Of a stretch of DNA of 41,428 bases, positions 13,001 through 24,502 are shown piece by piece. The notes under the pieces are model-generated. The model did not search any database. It saw only the letters and a list, made by a program, of their open reading frames with translations, and was not told the DNA's origin. Source of the stretch: Octopus bimaculoides (taxonomy: Eukaryota); contig NC_068999.1 in the NCBI RefSeq assembly GCF_001194135.2, positions 4,058,443-4,099,870 on the forward strand, written 5' to 3'. The position numbers were made by a program, and so were the translations under genes. Numbering within the stretch: position 1 is the stretch's first letter; every line of letters starts with the position of its first letter.

Positions 13001-15744
13001 GCTGTAATTTAGCCCCATTGTGGTCATTCTGTTAATAGTAAATAGCATCAATAAATATATTTATAAATATACTTGGAAATGGATGCGTCACGTTCAGTTA
13101 AATATAAGGACACAGGTTGTGTCATTTAGTCAACTGGAGACGAGGTCTCATCATCATCATCGTTGTTTAACGTCCACTTTCCATGCTGGCCTAGGTTAGA
13201 TGGTTTGACCAAGGACTGGCGAGCCAGAAAGCTGCACCAGGCTCCAATCTGATCTGGCAAGGTTTCTACAGCTGGATGCCCTTCCTAATGCCTACCTCTC
13301 CGAGAGTGTAGTAGGTGCTTTTACGTGCCACTGGCACAAGGGCCAATCAGGCAGTACTGGCAACGACCACGCTCAAAAGGTGTTTTTTACATGCCACCTG
13401 CACAGGAGCCAGTCCGAAGGCACTGGCAACGACCATGCTCAAATGTTGTTTTAATTGACCAATCATCAGAAGCAAATCATTTGTGTGGTTATTCAGCAAG
13501 AAATTACCAAATCCTCATTGTGTTAGGAAATATTTGTTTCAACATGTGTTTACCCTTTTTTCTTCTCCAGAGAATTCTATTGCAGTAAATTCTTTGTTTT
13601 CTCATTGCAGACAGAAGAACCCTATGTTCCTTCTTGCCTGAAGATCTTTAACTATACAACATCCATTGTGGTCATTCTGTTAATGGTAAATAGCATCAAT
13701 CTATATCTCTATCTATATCTTACACTCACCTCACCCCACCCTTTACACACTTTCTCACTCTAAAATTCTCTATTTTCTCTATTTCCAGTTATGCCTTGTT
13801 GTTGGAGCTGTTGTTGGTGTCATTGTTTACCGTATTGTCATAATTGCGGTGTTTGCCAAACAAGAACACATCAAAGAACAAGCCTCCATTGTCACATCTG
13901 TATCGGCGTCATTACTTAACTTGGTTGTCATTCTTCTTCTGAATATGGTAAGTCTGCCTTTCACAAATTCTGCTGTTGTCGTTCTTATTAATGAAGATGG
14001 CAAGATAAAGGTGCATGGCTCGGTGGTTAGAGCATTGGGCTCACAATCATGAGGTTGTAAGTTCAATTCCCAGACCAGGCTGTGTATTGTGTTCTTGAGC
14101 AAAACACTTTATTTTTCATGTTGCTCCAGTTCACTCAGCTGTAGAAATGAGTTGTGACATCACAGGTGCCAAATTGTATCGGCCCCTTTGCCTTTCCCTT
14201 GGGTAACACCAGTGGCATGGAGAGTGGGGGTTGGTATGCATGGGTGACTGCTGGTCTTCTATAAAAACAACCTTGCCCAGACTTGTGCCTCGGAGGGGAA
14301 CTTTCTAGGCGCAACCCCCTGGTCGTTTATGACTGAAGGGGGTCTTTGCCCTTTACCCTTTTTAATGAAGATGGTGAACTGTCAGAATCATTAGCACAGT
14401 TAACAAAATGCTTAGCAGCATTCCCTTCATCCTTACGTTCTGAGTTCAAACTCTGCTGGGATCAACTTTGCTTTTCATCCCTTCAGGGTCATTGAAATAC
14501 CAGTCAAATACTGGGGCTGATGTAATTGACTAGACCCCTCCCACAAAATTTCTGGCCTTGTGGAGAGGATTATTTTTGTTGTTGTTGTTGTTGAGTTCTG
14601 AAAATACATCAAAGTGACATTATTCAGAGCCAGTTAAATAATTTGTAAGAATGTCTTTCCAACCATGACCTTTCCAGCTGCTAGAGACAACAGCTAAACC
14701 ACCTTCAAATCTTAAAATGGAAGGACACGTTTAAACAGTGTAGACTCTTATATATAAAAGACTGGGTCGTCATGATTGGAATGCCTTCGGTTAGAGTTTT
14801 GTTCAATCAGGGCTGACCTAGGGCTAAACAAACACAATTTGTTGCTGAGTAATGTGTTTTCTGAAGGATATATCTTTGTAGTTTGTGTGGGGAGGAATAC
14901 AGACAGGTTTTGGTTACAATTCCAAGGTAACATCATTTCCATGGTACCACTGAGCAACCAAAGAAATGGCTACATGTCCCAACTTATTGTTCTCCTCCAA
15001 CAAAACCTTGGATTCAGTGAGCTAATAAGGAATGTCTTTATGTGTCTGTTTATCCTGCAAGAAAAGGCAGCTAAATTTACCTCAAACCACACCCTACAGT
15101 CTTAACAAAAGGGAATATTGTATGATGTAGTCCTAGATACACTGTGTTCAATGATGAATTGGAAGAATTATTAAGGTGTTGGACCAGATACCTTACAATA
15201 TTTTTCACAAATCTTTACATTTTGAGTTCAAACGCTGCAAAGGTCAACTCTACTTTCATTGCTCAGGGGTTGATGGAAAATGTATCAGCCAAAGCCTTTA
15301 GATAAATAAAATCATTCGAAAAAACATTTGACAAAAACCCTTGTGATGTTTGTTCAGTTTCTTTATGTTCAAAGTTGTCCTGTGAGGACACTGGTACCAA
15401 CCCATGCCAGCCTTTGTCTTTCCTTTGACCAATATTGATGCCAAAGATTAACTGCACAGACATCTGCTGATTCTTCCTTCCCATATTCCAAAAACAAAAA
15501 TATCAGTCTGACATATATCAGTGTTATTTTTGTTTTTTTAGGGGGGAGGTGCTCTGGTGCCATATTCCAGGAAATGATGCCAAACCTTCACCAACATTCA
15601 ATCAATAAATATTTGGCACTTTATATCAGTCAGACATTTTGTTCTGCCAAAATATGAAATATTATCAGTGAGTGGCATTGGCTAATTGGTGAAATGGCCG
15701 CAATCCAATGATTGAAACGTTGTAAAAGAATAAAATAACATGCA

Positions 15745-15793
<49 letters not shown>

Positions 15794-16983
15794 NNNNNNN
15801 NNNNNNNNNNNNNNNNNNNNNNNNNNNNNNNNNNNNNNNNNNNNNNNNNNNNNNNNNNNNNNNNNNNNNNNNNNNNNNNNNNNNNNNNNNNNNNNNNNNN
15901 NNNNNNNNNNNNNNNNNNNNNNNNNNNNNNNNNNNNNNNNNNNNNNNNNNNNNNNNNNNNNNNNNNNNNNNNNNNNNNNNNNNNNNNNNNNNNNNNNNNN
16001 NNNNNNNNNNNNNNNNNNNNNNNNNNNNNNNNNNNNNNNNNNNNNNNNNNNNNNNNNNNNNNNNNNNNNNNNNNNNNNNNNNNNNNNNNNNNNNNNNNNN
16101 NNNNNNNNNNNNNNNNNNNNNNNNNNNNNNNNNNNNNNNNNNNNNNNNNNNNNNNNNNNNNNNNNNNNNNNNNNNNNNNNNNNNNNNCACACACACACAC
16201 ACACACACACCATCACATGGCACTACCCCTACTACCATCCATCACACACACACACAAACACCACTCCTCTCACACACACATGCACAATCTCCCCTACTAC
16301 CACACATACACACACCTACCACTACTATCCATCACACACACACACACCATTACTGCCACCATCACCACCACCACTGGACCACCACAACTTGTACCATTCC
16401 ACCACCACCACTTGCCACCACCACTGCTATCATCTACCACACACACCACCACCACCACCACCACCCATAAATCTTTTCTCTATTAATTGTCTTTTGTGAA
16501 ATTTCTCGTTTCAGCTTTACACCAAACTTGCTTACTGTTTAACTGAACTAGGTAAGATGTTTATCCTTGTTTCGTTGAGGCACGGGTGATGGTGCATGCC
16601 CATAGCCTATGTAGTGTGGGACGTTTTAGAAGGGGGACAATGGACGAGGCTGAGGCTAAAATTTGGAAATATTCAAAATCAAGGAAGAATATTTAGCAGG
16701 GAAGACATGTTTGAAAGGAACATCACTGCTTGGAATGCTTTTGTCTTTTATAAAAACATTTATTGTTGTTGTTGTTCTTGGTGAGGTTGGTGTGCAGAAC
16801 CAGTAGAGCACTCAATAAAATGTCCTTGCGTTTAGTTACATTGTTTCATGTTCTCAGTTCCTCTTTCTGAAGTGGTAGATTAAATAAAGAACCAACCAAG
16901 TACTGCAGTCGATATAATCACCTGATCTCCTGAAATTTGTAGTCTTGTACCTATCTTAAAAAGTATTATCGTTATTATTATTA

Positions 16984-17018
<35 letters not shown>

Positions 17019-18580
17019 ATCATTATTATTATTATGTTTCAGAGAAGCACAGGACTCAGACAGAATGGGAAGATGGATTCACCCTTAAAATGTTCCTTTT
17101 CCAATTTGTGAACTATTATTCTTCCATATTCTACATCGCATTTTTTAAAGGAAGGTAAGTGTCTGTGTGTCCCTCTCTCTGTCTGCATTGTGGTGTCCAT
17201 ACTTTTCCAAAGATATTAATTCAAGAACAGCTTCCTTTTGGTTCAGTTTTCTTTGCTTCACTACAAACGTTTCTAAGTATTGCTTCCATTAACCACTGTT
17301 TGAACTTTGCATTTCTCAACCAATATTCCTTCAATATATTCACTGATGCCATTTACCATTCTTTTACAGAATCGTTGGATCACCAAACAATTATATTTAT
17401 CTTAACAATGAAAGGCTCGAAGAGGTAAGAATGGAATGATTTTCTGGGTTTACTGAACTGGCCAGGGGTATGGTGAAACCGCATCCTTCTTTTCAGGTTG
17501 TTGATAGCTCCTCTCTCTCCACCACCTCTCTCTCCACCACCTCTCTCTCTGTCTCTCTCTCTCATACAGACATAAACATGTTTCCTTTCTTTCTCTCACA
17601 CACACATTTTTATATATGTAGGTATATGTATTTGTGTGTTTGTCCCTCTCACCATCGCTTGACAACCAATGTTGGTATGTTTACGTCCCCGTAACTTAGC
17701 GGTTTGACAAAAGAGACTGATAGAATAAGTCCTGGGATCGATTTGTTCGACCAAAGGCAGTGCTCCAGCACGGCCACAGTCAAATGACTAAAACAAATAA
17801 AAGAATACAAGAACAAAGGAATAACCATTTCCATGTCTAAAACTAAATATATTCTTGGAGGAAATTGAACGAACCAATACAATCTTCTTTGTCATTCAAC
17901 TTTCTGGCTGACAGATCAACCCTGTCATCTGTTAAGGGTTGATTTAGGAACCCTAAACCAAAGAAAAGTAAAACAGTCGTTTAAAGAAAAATTTACCATA
18001 TTTTTAGAGGGAAGACCATAAGGGGCAGCTAAAAGATGCTTGAAGGTCACATACGGCCCTGGGGGCCACGGTTGAGAACAGCTGTTCTGGACCCTAAAAC
18101 CTTAATGCAAAGCTATAAATAAACTTTATTTCTAAATCCGATGCTCCAAAGGAAAGGGACGTTATAGAACTAATTCACGTGTTTTAATGTAATTAATATC
18201 TCAATATCTCGACAGAGTATAACCATGGAAGAGATTTTAATTAAAAAACATTAACTAAGAATGGGGGGGGGGAGTATGAGGGAGTAGAAAAAGGTGCCAA
18301 TTAATCTCTGCAATATGCTGTCTGTGAAGCAGCAGGAAATGGTAAACAAGGATGGTTCCTAAGAAAGTTGATGATAAATATGGTGAATCATTCAGGAAGA
18401 AATCTGATATTTGGAATATAAAGAATCGAAAACTACTGAGGTTTCTGCATTTATTTGTTTAATGATTTATTTCTTCTTGGATCCTAAATTTAGCAAAATA
18501 CTTCGATGGAATATTTAAGGCTTAAGATATTACAGAGAAAGAAACATATGCATACACACACATACGTGTGTGTATGTATG

Positions 18581-18655
<75 letters not shown>

Positions 18656-20199
18656 GGTACAAGAGTGGCTGTGTGGTAAGAAGCTTGCTTCTGAACCACA
18701 TGGTTCCTGGTTCAGTCCTACTGCATGAAACCTTGGGCAAACACTGAAACTGAAAGAGGCCTATCATATATATGCATGTATATATATGTGTGTGTGTGTA
18801 TTTGTGTGTCTGTGTTTGTGGCCCTCCCCCATCACCAACACCTCCCATCCACTTTCTACATATGTTACATATTCTTTCCATTTTATCGAACCCCTCTTCC
18901 TAAGCTTTATCCTATTTTACAGTGCTATATTCTATTCACCCTAAATTGCCCTATTTTAATTTCCTGTATCCTATTTTTACAGTTCTAAATCCTATTTTAC
19001 TACACGATATTCAACTTTCTTCTACTCTATCCTACTTTAGCGCATAATATTTTATTTTACAATAGAATATCCTTATAAGATATCCTGTAGTTTATTCTCA
19101 GCTATTGCATGATGATATTATACAATAAATCATCATTTCCGACACTCCCTACTGTTCCCCAGTAACCAAAATATATTACTCCGACCTCCAATGATGATGA
19201 TGGTGATGGTGATGAAGCCAAATTTAACTACAATGCACCAATAAATTAAATAATCACTAATTACTTACAATTTATAGTCACAAGATGATGGCAATCCTCT
19301 ATGTGGTCACTTCACATGCTAGAAATAGCAGACAAATCTCTCTCACATCACACTATCCACTAACATAGCTACAGTGGGGCGGTAGGGGTGGTCAGCCTTA
19401 GGCTGCACTTATGGGTCTGCTGTAGGCAATATGTTTTTTGTGGGGTCTGGGGGCAACAAACGGAAGGGCCACCCCAGATGGCACACACTCTAGCTACACT
19501 AGTGACTCTACCTTCTTGAGAAGACCGACACACCGATGATAAGATAGTTCTAGATGCACAATACCTGAGACAAGGACAAGATGGTCATCTTTGGAATGTC
19601 TCTGACTATAGGTTTTTTCCATAAGTCAACTTGTGGTTAAATAACCACAACCTACTGTCTCCCCCCCCTTCTCCTCTCCCTGCTGCTTTAAACTTATTCC
19701 TCTTCAATCAGCTGTGTATACACACACCACTTAATTATATATACACCACTTTAATTATACACACACTGCTTAATGACATGGGTATTCCTCTTTAATTATT
19801 AATGCATGTCTTTAATTATGTTCTACTTTGTATGCAGTTTTGGTAATTGTATATCATAAAATGATATTTGCTGTGTTCAACTTCAAACATAATGTCACAC
19901 ATACACACACACACACACAGACACACACATAAACACATGCAAGCACATGGATGCAAACAGGCAAACACACATGCACACACACACACACACAAACACATGG
20001 ATGTAAAGAGGCACGCTGATACACATACAGACTCACAAACACGCACACACACACTCACACACACATAAATGCTGGTATAATCACACACAAACACAAGGAT
20101 GCAAACAGATACACGCATGCAGATACACACACGCATACACACATACATACACACACACTCACACACACAGACATACTCACTTACACATTCACACACACA

Positions 20200-20245
<46 letters not shown>

Positions 20246-20706
20246 ACACTCAGTCTCTCTCTCTCTCCCTCTCTCAATACACTCACTCTCCTTCATTCCC
20301 TCTCATTCTCTCTCTCTCTTCCTCCCAGTGCAATCCATCTGGCTGTCTTGTTGAGTTATGTATTCAACTAGGAGTGGTCATGGTAGGAAAACAAGCTTTC
20401 AACAATTTCGTGGAGCTCTTATTGCCGTAAGTATCATCATCATCATCATCATCTCTCCTCTGTGTTTGACATCTGTTAGGAGTAGGAGGTGGGTGGGGGG
20501 GTTTACAGATGGACTCACTGAGATAGGAGTGGTGGTCAGTAATAGGTGCAGGTGCGTGGTAAGAAGTTTGCTTCCAAACCACATGGTTCTTGGTTCAGTC
20601 CCACTGCATGGCACCTTGGGCAAGTGTCTCCTATCACAGCTGACCAAAGCCTTGAAAGTAGATTTGAGATATGGAAACTGAAAGAAGCCCGTCATATATA
20701 TATATT

Positions 20707-20765
<59 letters not shown>

Positions 20766-21054
20766 NNNNNNNNNNNNNNNNNNNNNNNNNNNNNNNNNNN
20801 NNNNNNNNNNNNNNNNNNNNNNNNNNNNNNNNNNNNNNNNNNNNNNNNNNNNNNNNNNNNNNNNNNNNNNNNNNNNNNNNNNNNNNNNNNNNNNNNNNNN
20901 NNNNNNNNNNNNNNNNNNNNNNNNNNNNNNNNNNNNNNNNNNNNNNNNNNNNNNNNNNNNNNNNNNNNNNNNNNNNNNNNNNNNNNNNNNNNNNNNNNNN
21001 NNNNNNNNNNNNNNNNNNNTTTTTTTTTTTCAATTTTGAATAGTTTTATTACCC

Positions 21055-21099
<45 letters not shown>

Positions 21100-21805
21100 G
21101 TATCATTATTAATTCTGCAAGCTGGCAGAATCATTTTTACACCAGGTAAAAAGCTTAGCGGCATTTCATTTATCTTCACGTCCTGTATTCAAATTCCGCC
21201 AAGGTTGACTTTGCCTTTCATCCTTTCGAGGTCGATAAATTAACTACCAGTGAAATACTAGGGTCGATGTAATCAACTTCCCCAAAATTCCTGGCCTTGT
21301 AGCAAAATTTGAAACCATTATTATCATTAGTATTCCACCAAAGCCAATTCTGCCTTTCATTCGTTTTGGGGTTGATAAAATAAGTACCAGTTAAGCCCTG
21401 GGATCGATCTAATCAACTTACCACCTCCCCCCAAAATTGCTGGCCTTGTGCTAAAATTTGAAACCGTTTTTACTGTTGTTGTTGTTGTTGTCATTTCCAA
21501 TAAACTTCTTATTTTGTCTCCTTGCTTTTCTCCCCTTCGTCTCCAACGCCACCTTGACGTAATGCCACCACCTTCACCTTAAACCGGTTCCACCAACCAG
21601 GAAGCTGCAAAACTGGTGTAAAGTCCATTACAACCGCGTCAAAGACACCGAGGAAGGTGAGGACGACGACGATGATGATGACATTGACGACAAAGAAACA
21701 GCGAAACGATGGGAAGTGGACTTTCTGATGACAGAAGCAAATCCACTGGGGATGTTTTACGAATATCTGGAAATGGGTGAGTCACACTTTCCATGCAATC
21801 CTTTT

Positions 21806-21877
<72 letters not shown>

Positions 21878-22685
21878 ATCTAAGCTCTATACTCTCAGCT
21901 GTACGTTCGCTCAAACACATTCACAGAAAGATTTATTTAAGGGAGATAACTGTGACAGCTACTATAACAGGTACATATTGTAGAATAGACTTGTCTCCCT
22001 TATGTTATGTTCATCGCTGAATGGATACTGGTCTCTGGTGAACGTTAAGTTTATGAACAAAATGACTGTAGCCACCCTAAAGATCGCGGGTTCGTATCGC
22101 AGTCTGGGTTTCTTTTTTTGTAGTGTTACCATACAGGAGAACTAGTTCTCTATCCAACAGTTATAAGAAACTGATCTTCCGACCATGTTACAACAGTCCT
22201 CGCTGTTGCTTTATCCTCTGGATAAACCTGTAGCCAGCAGATCAATGATCAGTGGTATTCCAGACGTGACTCTCTTGACAGTTATTCAAACATTGTGCAT
22301 CTATGGATGTATTATCAAAAATGTCAATCTATTTGGAATAGTAGGGTTTTAGCTGTGGTATTAGCTGTTATTTCTGGTAGGTCAAGCAATCCTCACATTG
22401 GTTTGAAATGGTCATGTTATTGTTTAGCGTCAGGACAACTCAGACCTGATCAAATGGATTCCAGACGCGACCATTCCGTCTTTTCGATATATTTATTTTA
22501 CATGATCTCGTGTAATGTTCCTTATGAAATGTTGGCTGCTATTTCTAGCAGGTCACACATTTCAGCTTCCCCTGACTTCATTCTCAGCCAACGTCTTTGC
22601 CCAACACAGTCTGTTTCAACTTCTTGTTAACCACGAAAGATTTTTCACTTCAACCATTGGCATATTGTATATCAATAATGATGAT

Positions 22686-22739
<54 letters not shown>

Positions 22740-24469
22740 CCTATTGTATACAATGTTCAAGACTGAATGTTGAAATGGATATAATTATTCTTAGGGAGAT
22801 GCAGATCTTTCACTAATTAAACACAACTCATTGTGGTTATTATTCTCTTTTTTATTAATTAATTAATTAATTAATTAACTCATTGATTTGCTAATACCAA
22901 AGTGTTTCATCATGCTCCCATGATCCCTTCTTCAGCAGCCAGTCTACATGATCTTTTTTTATTTTCATTTCTTGCAGTGATACAGTTTGGCTTTGTGTCC
23001 ATTTTTGTGGCAGCATTCCCATTGGCTCCTGTCTTCGCTCTGCTAAACAACATTCTGGAAGTTCGTCTTGATGCCTACAAATATGTCACCCAGTTCCGTC
23101 GACCGTTAGCAGCCAGAGCTCAAGACATTGGTAAAGTGGCACCAATTCTAATCTTACAACTGTTGTAAATACAAGGATCTCAGATCTAATCTTAATCTGA
23201 CTATATTAGAGATGTTAGGTGGATAAGATTGAGGGTGGATGCTAGTGTTACCTGGGTAGGTTTCATTAGTAGAGACGCTGTGAGCTGAATGGAACTGGTA
23301 AATGAAGCTAGTGTTAGGCAGATAAGATTGGTGGGTGGAGCCTGATGTTAGCTTGGTGAGATTGGTGGGTGGAGCCTGATGCTATCTAGGTGATAAGTGG
23401 GTGGAGAGCTTGAGGCTATCTAGGTGAGATAGGTGGGTGGAGCCTGATGTTATCTAGGTGAGATAAGTGGGTGAAGCTTGGTGCGATCTAGGTGAGATTG
23501 GTGGGTGGAACCTGGTATTAGATAGATGAGATTGGTGGGTGGTGTCTGGTACTACTTAGATTAGTTTGGTGGGTGGAGCCTGATACTAGTTAGGCGAGAT
23601 TGATGGATAGCATCTGGTCATAACTAGGTGATATTGGTGGGTGGAGCCTAGTGTTACATATATTTCAATAGTCAGTTGTTTCTTCTTAATAATCATAAAC
23701 CTTTCTTCTATAGACGTAAGGCCTGATACTTTTGAGGGGAGGGGATAATCAATTAAATTGACTTGTGCTCAAATGGTATTTATTTCACCAGCCCCGAAAG
23801 GATGAAAGGCAATTCAACCTGAACAGAGTTTGAACTCAGAATGTATAGATAGATGAAATGGTGCTTAGCATTTTTGCCTGGCATGCTAATGATTCTGCCA
23901 GCTCACCACCTTAATAATAATGATAATAATAATAATAATATTAATAATAATTTTGGTACAAGGTCAGTAATTTCTGGGGAAGGTATAAGTCAATTATATT
24001 GACCCCCCAGTGTTCAATTGCTACTTATTTTATCGACCCAGGATGGATGAAAAACAAAGCCAGCCTTGGCAGAATTTGAACTGAGAACGTAAAGATGGAT
24101 GAAATGCCACTAAGCAATTTATCTTTCTAACGACTCTGCCACCCCATTAATAATAATAATGATGATGATGATTATAATCTAAGAAACTTGGTGAGAAGGA
24201 CCTGTGCTTTGTTATATCAACCTTAGTGTATAACAGGTACTTTCAGACGGTGTGAGCATCAGAAAGGTTTGAAGAGCAGACATTAAATGCCACAAAAACA
24301 CAAATAGAATTGAATGGTGCTTCTTTATTCTCTACAAAACCAGTCTTTGTGTGTTTATCGAAATTTGGCTAATGTTGTTCTTGTTGTTATAGGTATCTGG
24401 TTTGGAATTCTGAAAGGAATTTGTATAATATCTGTCATCACAAATGTGAGTATATTTCATTCATTCATT

Positions 24470-24502
<33 letters not shown>

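Noticed and set aside
13569-13610. Extra AG acceptors upstream of exon I (13570, 13585)
   Set aside because: Both lead to an in-frame TAA almost immediately; no evidence of use.
19374-19503. GC-rich insert possibly bounded by short inverted ends
   Set aside because: Ends are too degenerate to define TIRs or a TSD by eye.
22934-22977. In-frame CAGCAG acceptors 42/39 nt upstream of exon P
   Set aside because: They would insert 13-14 residues into TM7 next to the Ca2+ ligands, and the annotated site has the much stronger pyrimidine tract.
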